DNA of 64,000 nucleotides from Methanotrichaceae archaeon (lineage in GTDB: Archaea > Halobacteriota > Methanosarcinia > Methanotrichales > Methanotrichaceae), in the NCBI GenBank assembly GCA_963803145.1, contig CAWDLW010000030.1:1-64000 (forward strand). Direction: 5' to 3'. The notes beneath the pieces were generated by a model, which was not told where the DNA came from, searched no databases, and saw only the letters and a program-made list of their open reading frames with translations. This document shows positions 29,185 through 38,032 of the stretch, piece by piece; the first letter of the stretch is position 1; the number at the start of each line of letters is the position of its first letter. Both the position numbers and the translations under genes were made by a program.

Positions 29185-29688
29185 ATGAATATTCTTTTAT
29201 CCTGCGTGCATATCGGAAGTAGCATGGCAGAGAGATATATTATAGACGTGCTAAATAGCATAGGGATCGAACTGGATGACATCGTATCCGCGGCACTGGA
29301 GCTTTACTTTCCCCATCCCGGGGTAGAGACTCGCGAGAAAGCAGAGGCCAAGTTTAGAGAAGAACTAAATATAGCGCTATCAGATCCTAATCTCGCTTTG
29401 CTGATATATGCTGGAGTTCTCCTTGAATCCGAAGGCATAAATCGGAATCTTCCGAACATCAAGCAGTCGGATTATGATAACGACCTGACGTGCCTGATTG
29501 CTGATGAGGTACTAGGCCTGAGCATTGCTAAGTACATCGGAGGCTACAAGGGATTGTTCGATTACGTCAGATATGATAAGGCAAAGCCCGGTATTCTCGG
29601 ACGCTTAGGTCCTTTCATGGATGATTGTATCGGCGGACTGATAGGCGGGGTGTCTGCTAACATGTATACAAGGGCGGTGTTTGACTGA
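29185..29688 (+). CDS. cobZ: alpha-ribazole phosphatase CobZ-like
   Basis: LIADEVLG..IAKYIGG.KG.F.Y.RYD..KPGIL..LGPFMDD; precedes cobS. The start may be ATG 29224. Confidence 0.8.
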   Translation: MNILLSCVHIGSSMAERYIIDVLNSIGIELDDIVSAALELYFPHPGVETREKAEAKFREELNIALSDPNLALLIYAGVLLESEGINRNLPNIKQSDYDNDLTCLIADEVLGLSIAKYIGGYKGLFDYVRYDKAKPGILGRLGPFMDDCIGGLIGGVSANMYTRAVFD

Positions 29689-29693
29689 AGGAT

Positions 29694-30449
29694 TTGATAT
29701 TTGCGCTCAAATCGGGATTCGGCTGGCTATCGACTATACCTGTTGGCATCTCAATGGAGGGCGTAGATGCCCTGATGGGACATGTCTATATCTTTCCCAT
29801 AATCGGACTTGTGCTTGGATCGATCTTTGGGGCGGTCGCATTCATTGTCGGCAAGGCATTGCCTTCAAGCCTGATCGCAATAATAGTAATAATAATCATC
29901 TATAAGCTCTGTGGAATCAATCATATTGATGGCCTCGCAGACTTCGGAGATGGTGTGATAGCTCACGGAACTATAGAGAAGAAGATTCAGGCAATGAAGG
30001 ATGTGAATATCGGCACAGGTGGCGTCGTCTTCATTTCCGTCATGCTTCTAACATTGTTTGCCATTATATCCAATATGCCCACGGGCCTGCTGCCGTTAGC
30101 CCTAATTGCATCCGAGATCTCGGCAAAACAATCGATGATCGCCTTTGCCGCGTTCTCCGAATCTTTGCAGAAAGGCTTCGGACAAATAATGATCGAAAAG
30201 ACCGGCAAACGCGAGTTTATTATTGGTCTCATAATAGCGGCTGCACTATGTGCATCAATACTGGGGCACTTAGGCATTATTATGCTCGCGGCTTCGCAAA
30301 TCGCTGCTTTATATATGACTCAAGTGGCTAAGAGAAACTTCGGCGGGGCAACTGGCGACGGCATAGGCGCGACAAACGAGATATGCAGAGCTATGGCTCT
30401 CGCTACTGCAATGATCTTTGGAGGAATAGTTCCATGGATGCTCTGGTGA
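29694..30449 (+). CDS. cobS: adenosylcobinamide-GDP ribazoletransferase
   Basis: HIDGLADFGDG, AMKD...GTGG, FGGATGD..GA..E; multi-pass membrane protein. Confidence 0.93.
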   Translation: MIFALKSGFGWLSTIPVGISMEGVDALMGHVYIFPIIGLVLGSIFGAVAFIVGKALPSSLIAIIVIIIIYKLCGINHIDGLADFGDGVIAHGTIEKKIQAMKDVNIGTGGVVFISVMLLTLFAIISNMPTGLLPLALIASEISAKQSMIAFAAFSESLQKGFGQIMIEKTGKREFIIGLIIAAALCASILGHLGIIMLAASQIAALYMTQVAKRNFGGATGDGIGATNEICRAMALATAMIFGGIVPWMLW

Positions 30450-31036
30450 TGGCAGGCGGGAAGGGCACACGACTCAAGATGGGCGAAAAGCCGTTGGTCA
30501 AACTTCTTGGAAGACATCTCATCGATTATGTGACCTCTGCACTTGAGGATAGCTCTGTAGAGAGGATATTCATCGCCACTACTGAGAACGTGCCTATGAC
30601 AAAAGATTGGGCAAATGATCGTGATCTCAATGCAGTAGACACACCCGGGACAGGCTTCGTAGCAGATATGATCTATGCAGTTGAGCGTATAGGCGTTGTA
30701 GATCCGGTGATGGTGATTATGGCAGATTTACCACTGATAACTCCCGATCTAATAGATAACATAATAGATATCTACGAAGAACGGCCTGAGCCCGCACTCT
30801 CTACACATACGCCGCTTCACCTACATAGCCGACTGAGCCGAAGGCCAGACTCATTATTCAATTATCGCGGTCAGTTGATAGTTCCTGCTGGGGTAAACAT
30901 TCTTGACGGTGCAGATATAATACATGAGCAAGAAGATTATCATCTGATACTTGAGAGGCTTGAGATGGCCATAAATGTAAACACAACAGACGATCTGAAG
31001 CTGTGCGAGAGGATACTCTTAGGTGATCTTAGTTGA
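30434..31036 (+). CDS. cobY: GTP:adenosylcobinamide-phosphate guanylyltransferase
   Basis: MDALVMAGGKGTRL..GEKP, ADLP, NVNT..DL, in the cob cluster. Confidence 0.88.
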   Translation: MDALVMAGGKGTRLKMGEKPLVKLLGRHLIDYVTSALEDSSVERIFIATTENVPMTKDWANDRDLNAVDTPGTGFVADMIYAVERIGVVDPVMVIMADLPLITPDLIDNIIDIYEERPEPALSTHTPLHLHSRLSRRPDSLFNYRGQLIVPAGVNILDGADIIHEQEDYHLILERLEMAINVNTTDDLKLCERILLGDLS

Positions 31037-31401
31037 ATAATGAATTGATTACAATTGAGGGCGAGAAGTTCTCCGCCCACGATCTTACGCTCCTTACTGG
31101 AGAGGATTCTGTTCCCGAAACACCAAACCATAACCTCCTATTAGTTGCCCGCGCCCTGAGAAATCCAATGAGATTACCATGGCTACTCAAAGAGATATGT
31201 GCGCTAAATCTCGGCTGCGAAGAGCTAAGAGATCTTAGGCTGGCACTCATCCGCGTTCAGGTGGATGCTGAGCTCCGGATGAATGAGGACATCCAGAGGT
31301 ACCAGCAGAGGCGCTATGTTGCACAGGTGATAGAAGTATTGCTGTTCAATGAGCTGATGCTCGCTCCTCGCGAACAGGCAGAAGAGGTTGAGATTGAGTA
31401 G
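31033..31401 (+). CDS. hypothetical protein coupled to cobY
   Basis: 122-aa ORF with a TTG start overlapping the cobY stop and a GGTGA RBS. Confidence 0.7.
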   Translation: MNNELITIEGEKFSAHDLTLLTGEDSVPETPNHNLLLVARALRNPMRLPWLLKEICALNLGCEELRDLRLALIRVQVDAELRMNEDIQRYQQRRYVAQVIEVLLFNELMLAPREQAEEVEIE

Positions 31402-31499
31402 ACCGAATTAATGCAGGGTTAAATGGCGGCACAATCACGCGTCTGAAGGTAGATTCTCCGAGTGGCGAAGCAACTAAAAAATTCTGTTAAATGATGAGT

Positions 31500-31889
31500 T
31501 TATCCTCCGCATCCGCAGCTGCCCCCAGCTGTGCCCGCAGTTGTTCCTCTTGATTCTCCGAGCGGGTACATGATATTCGTATACCCAGTGAGATTTCCCT
31601 TGAGCCTGTCCTGAGCGTATCGGGTTAAATCGAGTACAGTAGGCTGTATATTAATCTTCTGTGTGTTGTTTATTGATGAGTTATTCATCGGCTGGTTATT
31701 CGTGGAGAGGCCGTTTATTGGTGCTCCGCCTATATGATATACTCCTGCACCTGGCTGTGACAATGTGCCAGTAAGCTTAAAATCTCCTAAGTTAATCTCA
31801 GTGCTTCCAGGCAGCCACTGGGCATATGCACCACAGACGAGAACGCCAGATAGAGCTGCTAATGCCATTATTATCTTTTTCGAAAACAT
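31500..31889 (-). CDS. putative secreted protein ending in GGSCGCGG
   Basis: Signal peptide MFSKKIIMALAALSGVLVCGAYA; a GGAGG RBS lies before ATG 31889. Confidence 0.7.
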   Translation of the reverse strand: MFSKKIIMALAALSGVLVCGAYAQWLPGSTEINLGDFKLTGTLSQPGAGVYHIGGAPINGLSTNNQPMNNSSINNTQKINIQPTVLDLTRYAQDRLKGNLTGYTNIMYPLGESRGTTAGTAGGSCGCGG

Positions 31890-31969
31890 AAATACACCCT
31901 CCTGTCGGAAACTATTTCTATAAAAATTGAAAGGGTTATGTGCCCCTGAGGGCACACTGCCATCTTAGT

Positions 31970-33397
31970 TTACTTCGGCTTCGGCGGCCAGAAGCTCTTC
32001 ATCCACTCAGAGATTCGTCCTGAGTCTTCAGGTCCAACCATTATCTTGGTCTTTCCTGCAAAGAGATCCTCGAGCTCGCCGCTGAACTTGGCAGCCATTC
32101 CTGGCAGCACCATGCCAGGAGTCTTCTGGCCTTCCCACTTGAAGTCGGACTCATCGAAGGAATCCTTTATCTTCGTGGGCGTGAGCTGACCGCCTGCGAC
32201 TGATGCCTGCACACCTATTCCATCTGTATTTATGGAAATTATGTAGGCATCGATGCCGTTAGAGGCGATATCGGACTCGACTGTGTAGTATGTCAGGGCG
32301 AAATTCGTCGTGACGAACACTGGTGACTCGGGTCCTGGGTTGCCGACCTTGTATATACCAGGCTTGACCTGCACGGGCTTTCTCGGATCGGTGTAGATGT
32401 TGAACCGGAGGTGCATATCAGGCATCATGCTGTGCGCCTCAGTCGAGTGCTTGATCATTATTGCGCCACCGCGGATGGTGAATGCCGCTGTGAGGACGGA
32501 CTCCCAGTAGGCAGCCCTGACTGGATCTTGTGTTGTTAGCCAGGCATTGATTGGCAGAGCCATTACTGGATAGGCAATATCCCTCTGGGCCTCCTCAACT
32601 GCAGCCCTTCGGAGGTTGATGAAGTTCTTGAGTGACTGCTGTAGCAGCTTGCCGTTGGGTGCCGTACCTGGATCAAGGACCAGATCGGTTAGGCCCATGC
32701 CGGCAAAGGTCGTTGCCATGGACTTCAGGCCATCCAGATCAAATGGCACACTCAGAGTTACTGGTACATTGTAATCGTGTGCAAGCTGGGCGACCTCCTT
32801 CCAGTTATCCTTATTAGCAGCGTAGATGAGCGGCCTATTCTTGGCAGCAACATCAAGTCCTGCCTTCAGAACCTTGGGGTTGAAGGAGCAAAGGATAAGC
32901 GGATAGTCTGTGGTCTCCATTACCTTCTTGACGCATGCCGCAAACTTTGCGGGATCATCGGTAACGGATCGGACCGCAATCATCTCCACTTGTTCCCACT
33001 TGCCGATGTAGAACTTCCTCCAGGTGGAGATCTTCTTCACACGCTCGACGAGCTTGGCCTCGTCCATGTTATCGGTTACATCATAGGCAAAGGGCGGCTT
33101 GTTGAAGAAGGTCATCTGGTGGCGGTACATGATGTCCTCTCCACCAACCTTGATCTGCTTCTCGCCTATGCCTACTAAGACCATCTTCAGCTCAGGGGAT
33201 ATGATCGATTTGAGTGCCTCGAGCTTCTTTGCATACTTCTTTTCCTTGACAAGCGGTGTGCAGTCCTCAACCTTCTTCTTCCGTTCGATGAGCCCTGCAG
33301 CAAAGGCCATGCAGGTCTGTTCGCCGCATTCCTTACAGTTGGTCTGGGGAAGCTGCTTGTAAAGGTTAAGTGGGCTAGTTTCCTTCATGGATCTCAA
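31970..33397 (-). CDS. cdhE: ACDS complex gamma subunit (CFeSP large subunit)
   Basis: [43 protein letters not shown]. Confidence 0.95.
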   Translation of the reverse strand: MRSMKETSPLNLYKQLPQTNCKECGEQTCMAFAAGLIERKKKVEDCTPLVKEKKYAKKLEALKSIISPELKMVLVGIGEKQIKVGGEDIMYRHQMTFFNKPPFAYDVTDNMDEAKLVERVKKISTWRKFYIGKWEQVEMIAVRSVTDDPAKFAACVKKVMETTDYPLILCSFNPKVLKAGLDVAAKNRPLIYAANKDNWKEVAQLAHDYNVPVTLSVPFDLDGLKSMATTFAGMGLTDLVLDPGTAPNGKLLQQSLKNFINLRRAAVEEAQRDIAYPVMALPINAWLTTQDPVRAAYWESVLTAAFTIRGGAIMIKHSTEAHSMMPDMHLRFNIYTDPRKPVQVKPGIYKVGNPGPESPVFVTTNFALTYYTVESDIASNGIDAYIISINTDGIGVQASVAGGQLTPTKIKDSFDESDFKWEGQKTPGMVLPGMAAKFSGELEDLFAGKTKIMVGPEDSGRISEWMKSFWPPKPK

Positions 33398-34758
33398 GCC
33401 TCCATCTTAAGCCAGCTGGCTGTATCAGGTGTCTTAGCATCTATAAGTCCCATCAGAGACTGGGTGATCTCATGCACATATGCAACAGCTAGCGGATGCA
33501 TCATCATGAATATGTCCACACCGGCCATTGCCAGAGTAAATCCAGTGAGAATCTCCCAGATTGGGCCACGAAGCATCCTGTCTCCCCAATCGGAATCCTG
33601 CTTGTTGGGGGATCTGACCATCCATGCCTCACGAACGCCCCATGCGTTGGTGGTTCCGGATGACATTGGGAATGTCAGCTCTTCGTCGCCCTTCAGGGCT
33701 CCGAGCCTGATTCTCTCCATATTAGTATATGCGAAATCGAGGCCGTATGCCAGAGCTGCTGTTGTCGGGTCCATTACTATGGATTCCCTTGGCATTCCGA
33801 CGACCTTCATGAGCTTCCTGTTCAGCTCCTTCTGGGAGTTGATCTCAAGCTGCGTCCAGGCGAGACATACGTGTCCATTATCCTTGCATGCCTTTCCTAT
33901 CTTCTCCCAATCCATGTTCAGGTTAGCCGAGGCTATTAGAACGCGCTCGCCCTGGGCCGCTTCAGCTGCCTTGGAGAGCACTATCGGATCCTTCTCAGGG
34001 TTGCCTGAGCCGCCGATGCATATTGGGACTTTAACAGCCTGCAGGACGTCCTCAACTGTCTTCACTGCATCCTGTGGCTTGGTATCCTTCAGCAGCGGGT
34101 CTGTGCTGATCAGGTGTACAGTCACCAGATCGGCGCCAAACTTATCTACAGCCTTCTTGGCCCACGCGGCTGGATCATTTATTACGTCCTCGTAGTGCAC
34201 CTTAACTGCCTTGGCCATGCCGATCGGCGTATCGAAGACATCCATTGTGATCTTGGGCGCATTGGGCATTAGTGCATCTGGGAAGAAAGGCATAGCCTTC
34301 TCGCCGCCGAGCTTCACAACATTGCCCCTGCTTCCGCCATCTGCCTTTGTGGCTCCGATGATGACCTCCTGAATTGGAGTCTTCCAGGTCTTGTCCGTTC
34401 CGACGGAAAATTTGGCTGCATTCAAGGAACCTGCTACCTTCCAGACGGGTACAGCTGCTGCTGCAGCGGCTGCTGCTGATGCAAGCTCTTTTGGTGCCGG
34501 GGATATAGCCTGAGCTACTGCAACCGGCTGAAGCAATGCATCAACTGGATAGCCTACAGCCTTTGCGAAGTTTATGAGCTGCATTGCAATCTTGGCTGCC
34601 TCTTGGCCAAAGTAGTAGGCGAAGAGCGGACCAAAGCCCGCAGCACCTGAGTCTATTTCTATCTCTATATCTCCCTCGATCTTCAAACCTTCAAGGGATT
34701 GTACATTCATTTCTGATAAGGTCTTGTTCAAATCAGATAAAGTGATCTTCTCTGCCAT
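33394..34758 (-). CDS. cdhD: ACDS complex delta subunit (CFeSP small subunit)
   Basis: [44 protein letters not shown]. Confidence 0.95.
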   Translation of the reverse strand: MAEKITLSDLNKTLSEMNVQSLEGLKIEGDIEIEIDSGAAGFGPLFAYYFGQEAAKIAMQLINFAKAVGYPVDALLQPVAVAQAISPAPKELASAAAAAAAAVPVWKVAGSLNAAKFSVGTDKTWKTPIQEVIIGATKADGGSRGNVVKLGGEKAMPFFPDALMPNAPKITMDVFDTPIGMAKAVKVHYEDVINDPAAWAKKAVDKFGADLVTVHLISTDPLLKDTKPQDAVKTVEDVLQAVKVPICIGGSGNPEKDPIVLSKAAEAAQGERVLIASANLNMDWEKIGKACKDNGHVCLAWTQLEINSQKELNRKLMKVVGMPRESIVMDPTTAALAYGLDFAYTNMERIRLGALKGDEELTFPMSSGTTNAWGVREAWMVRSPNKQDSDWGDRMLRGPIWEILTGFTLAMAGVDIFMMMHPLAVAYVHEITQSLMGLIDAKTPDTASWLKMEA

Positions 34759-34768
34759 TATATCACCC

Positions 34769-35530
34769 TCATAGGCCTATCTCCTTGACGACCGCTCGCA
34801 TCTCAATCACAGCAGGCGAATCGTCAGGAAGGCCCATCAGTGGATCTCCCACTAAGTCAAACTTGGCTAGCAATTCATCGTAGGGAATAGTACCGATAAC
34901 ATTCAGGCCCAAGCTTTTTGCCGTCTCCAGAACCTTATTCTTCCTATCTGGAGTCACCTTGTTGACGATGACATAGAGCTCTTTATACTTGAGCTCGATC
35001 TCCTTCGCCAGATCCCGGATACGTTCAGCAGTCGTAAGGCCTCTCCGGGATTCATCAGTAACAGCAATAAGCACATCCAGGTCGGGTATAGTCTTTCTGC
35101 TGAAATGCTCAAGCCCCGCGGGAGTATCTATGATGGTCAAATCGTAATCATTTACGGTTTTGTCCATAACGCCACGCAGAAGGTTATTTACAAAACAGTA
35201 GCATCCTGAACCCTCTGGCTTTCCCATCACTAGAAGGTCGTATCCCTCCTCCTCCCGAAGGATCTCGAAGAGCTTTGATTCAAAAAGCCTTTGTTTATCG
35301 GTATCTGGAGGCGTAGTGTATCGAGCCTGCTGCATGAACTCCCTCATATCGCCAATGGTCTTTCCTACCTCTACACCCAAGGCGTCAGCGAGGTTGGCAT
35401 CAGGATCTGCATCGATAGCGAGTATTCTATATTTTTTGCTTGAACTTTTTACAAGATATCTAATAAGCATGGCAGTCACAGCAGTCTTGCCTGTGCCGCC
35501 TTTGCCTGTCACCGCAATTACTTTCCCCAC
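34769..35530 (-). CDS. cooC: CooC/AcsF nickel-insertion ATPase
   Basis: [22 protein letters not shown]. Confidence 0.9.
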   Translation of the reverse strand: MGKVIAVTGKGGTGKTAVTAMLIRYLVKSSSKKYRILAIDADPDANLADALGVEVGKTIGDMREFMQQARYTTPPDTDKQRLFESKLFEILREEEGYDLLVMGKPEGSGCYCFVNNLLRGVMDKTVNDYDLTIIDTPAGLEHFSRKTIPDLDVLIAVTDESRRGLTTAERIRDLAKEIELKYKELYVIVNKVTPDRKNKVLETAKSLGLNVIGTIPYDELLAKFDLVGDPLMGLPDDSPAVIEMRAVVKEIGL

Positions 35531-35543
35531 GGTTCAGCCTTCC

Positions 35544-35729
35544 TTATTTCTTCTTGATAATTACCTCTGCCACGTGGACTGTCGCTCCCCGAAGCTCGAG
35601 CGTTATGCCTCCGGAAGCTGCAGGCATGGCAAAAGCTGGCGCGGCTCCTGCTGCTGGCGCTGCGGCTGCGGCGGGTGCTGCTGGAGCATCCTCCTTCTTC
35701 TTAAGCTTGAGCTGAATCTTTCCTGCCAT
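35544..35729 (-). CDS. ACDS-operon microprotein 2 (61 aa)
   Basis: GAGGAGG RBS; MAGKIQLKLK, an Ala/Pro linker, then GGITLELRGATVHVAEVIIKKK. Confidence 0.85.
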   Translation of the reverse strand: MAGKIQLKLKKKEDAPAAPAAAAAPAAGAAPAFAMPAASGGITLELRGATVHVAEVIIKKK

Positions 35730-35769
35730 AACATCCTCCTCACTTTAAATTATGATAGTAGTATTTCGC

Positions 35770-35813
35770 AATAATAAAAGGCCAGTCTCCTCAAAATAGA
35801 GGTAAGGCGGCCT
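35770..35813 (-). terminator. stem-loop plus U-rich tract inside the cdh operon
   Basis: Minus strand: AGGCC..CCTC-TATTTT-GAGG..GGCCT-TTTATTATT, directly after the microprotein 1 stop codon. Confidence 0.5.
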
Positions 35814-35996
35814 CTACTTAGCGAGTACCACCTTATCGATTGATATCTTTGCGTCTTTCAGTATCAGCTTTATGCCGCCAGCGCTGCCTGACATTGAGAA
35901 AGCTGGGGCTGCTGTGCCTGCTGCAGGGGCAGCTGCCGGAGCAGCTGCGGCCGCAGGTGTCTTGGGCTTAAGTTTAAGCTGTATCTTCCCTGCCAT
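35814..35996 (-). CDS. ACDS-operon microprotein 1 (60 aa)
   Basis: GGAGGT RBS; MAGKIQLKLK, an Ala/Pro linker, then GGIKLILKDAKISIDKVVLAK. Confidence 0.85.
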   Translation of the reverse strand: MAGKIQLKLKPKTPAAAAAPAAAPAAGTAAPAFSMSGSAGGIKLILKDAKISIDKVVLAK

Positions 35997-36010
35997 TTTT
36001 ATCTACCTCC

Positions 36011-37420
36011 TCACTCAAGGACGCCATCTGCCTGGAGAGCCTCTATGACCTGCATAAACTGGCCCTCAGACAAGCCGAGCTTATCCTTGACTGCCTGAAC
36101 ATCGATGTCTCCGCCGGTCTCCTGGATGAAGTTGATAACCTTCTCCTTGATCTCATCGGAGATATCCTCGAGCTTCCAGCCCTCGGTGATCTTCTTATTA
36201 TCAACGGGCCTTGTGACACCGCCGACAACTGGATGATCGACCTTCAGCAGGAACTTCTTTAGGGACTCGATGTCTTTAGCATCCTCTTCGGTGGCGATCT
36301 TCGGGTACATCTCCTCTGGAATGCCCGCCTTTACCCTCTCCTTGAGCTTCTTGGACATCCATACGATCCTTCTCCAGCCTCCATCTGCCTGAAGGAACTT
36401 AGAGGAGAAGTAGTACAGAATACCCATGCCCAGGAATCCTACGACCTGCTTGCCGCCGCCTGTCTGGCCTGCCATTGTGGAGAAGGGAAGCCCGTTTGGT
36501 GCAGCGCCCTTGTAATCACGGTCAGCTATGCCGATTCCATCGACCTCAGGCATGTAGAACCCAATGGTTTCGAAGCATCCACAGGATGTGTGGGGAGCAT
36601 CGAAGAAGGTGTACAGCTTCATGATTGAGTACTCGCCACCGGATCTCTTTGCTGCAACCTCGTTGATGGATGCATACTCGCCGGTGACTGCGTCAATTGG
36701 CTCGCCCTTCGGTACTGGGAACTGGGGGCCCTCTGGGTCTACCTTGGCTGCTGCACGGCCATCGAACCAGGTAATGGCTCCGCACAGGGATGGCCTATCT
36801 GGAGAGACTACGCATGCGCTTGTTGGGGCGAATGCCTGGCATAGGGTACATCCATAGAAGACATCGACATCTTCGTCATGAAGTCCCTTGGCCCTCTCAT
36901 CGCGTGCCTTGTAAATCTCCATTGCCTTGGCCAGCTCTTCCTTAACCCTGGCAGGATCTGTGACGATTGTGATCTCCATCTTCTCGATGAAGGGCATCTC
37001 TGCCTTGTAGAGATCGATGATGGGCTTGTAAATCTGCTCCCACTTGGTTACACCCTTCTTCTGCAGGCTCTTGCCCATTCTCATCCAGATGTCATACCTC
37101 TGGTTGAGGTGCATGAGACCTGAGACATAGGATAGCAGTGCGTGGTTTCTCCTCTCTATGATAGACTCCAGATCCTTCTCGATCTTCTCGCCGCCGACTT
37201 TGAAGATCATTCCGAAGGGTATTGTGGAGCCCTCTTTAATCTCTGAAGGCTCAGGGCCAATAACGGTTATCTTTCCATCCTGAATCTGATCCATTGGAGT
37301 TGCCAGGGATAGCTCGAAGCCGTATGCCTTGGGGCCAGCAAGCTCTATCCACAGGTCCTCTTTTCTGATACGCTCCCCTTCATACATTGGGGATATGTCC
37401 AACTTGACTTCATCTGCCAT
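36011..37420 (-). CDS. cdhC: ACDS complex beta subunit (acetyl-CoA synthase)
   Basis: YEGERIR, HLNQR, FYGCTLCQAFAP, LCGAI.W.D, PHTSCGCFE, GGKQV.GF.G. Confidence 0.96.
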   Translation of the reverse strand: MADEVKLDISPMYEGERIRKEDLWIELAGPKAYGFELSLATPMDQIQDGKITVIGPEPSEIKEGSTIPFGMIFKVGGEKIEKDLESIIERRNHALLSYVSGLMHLNQRYDIWMRMGKSLQKKGVTKWEQIYKPIIDLYKAEMPFIEKMEITIVTDPARVKEELAKAMEIYKARDERAKGLHDEDVDVFYGCTLCQAFAPTSACVVSPDRPSLCGAITWFDGRAAAKVDPEGPQFPVPKGEPIDAVTGEYASINEVAAKRSGGEYSIMKLYTFFDAPHTSCGCFETIGFYMPEVDGIGIADRDYKGAAPNGLPFSTMAGQTGGGKQVVGFLGMGILYYFSSKFLQADGGWRRIVWMSKKLKERVKAGIPEEMYPKIATEEDAKDIESLKKFLLKVDHPVVGGVTRPVDNKKITEGWKLEDISDEIKEKVINFIQETGGDIDVQAVKDKLGLSEGQFMQVIEALQADGVLE

Positions 37421-37448
37421 TAATACACCTCTTATGATGAGATGAACT

Positions 37449-38015
37449 TTATTTCTTCAGTGCTTCGATTATTTCGTCGACTGCTGCGTGATAGTCGTCC
37501 GGATTAAATGCCATGTTGCCAAAGGTCATGTTCGCGTTGACGTGATAATACCTGTCTATCGAGACGCGCTTTATGTTCCTGTTGAAGTGCTTTAACGTAG
37601 AGAACATGGCATTGGCGAATTTGTAGAAGATGCCCATGAATATAACGGTATCATACTGGCCTTTGCCATCCAGACCCATCCAGTCCTCGAACCTGAGGTA
37701 GCTGGTGAGCGGATGTAGACCAATCTGATAGACATTAGTCATGTAGCCTCTGTCTACAAAGCCCTTCACGCTGTGTGCTGTAGCTGCGATCGGTATACCT
37801 GTTTTGCCGATCTCAATCATCTTGTCGAACATCACCGGGTCATCAAAGAGCTCTGCTCCCACAACGAGCAGAGGTCTCTGCGACTTCTTGATTATAGCTG
37901 CGATGACCTTCGGCATATAAGTCTTGGCCATCTCGGGCCCAGGGATCTGGGCCATCTCAAAGGGAACTGGATTTTTGGTTGTATCAATACCCTTGGGTTT
38001 TGCTTCAGCTGCCAT
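37449..38015 (-). CDS. cdhB: ACDS complex epsilon subunit
   Basis: IKKSQRPLLVVG, W.GLDGKGQYD, RYYHVNA; lies between cdhA and cdhC. The start was taken at MAAEAK. Confidence 0.92.
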   Translation of the reverse strand: MAAEAKPKGIDTTKNPVPFEMAQIPGPEMAKTYMPKVIAAIIKKSQRPLLVVGAELFDDPVMFDKMIEIGKTGIPIAATAHSVKGFVDRGYMTNVYQIGLHPLTSYLRFEDWMGLDGKGQYDTVIFMGIFYKFANAMFSTLKHFNRNIKRVSIDRYYHVNANMTFGNMAFNPDDYHAAVDEIIEALKK

Positions 38016-38032
38016 TTTGATCACTTCCTGCC

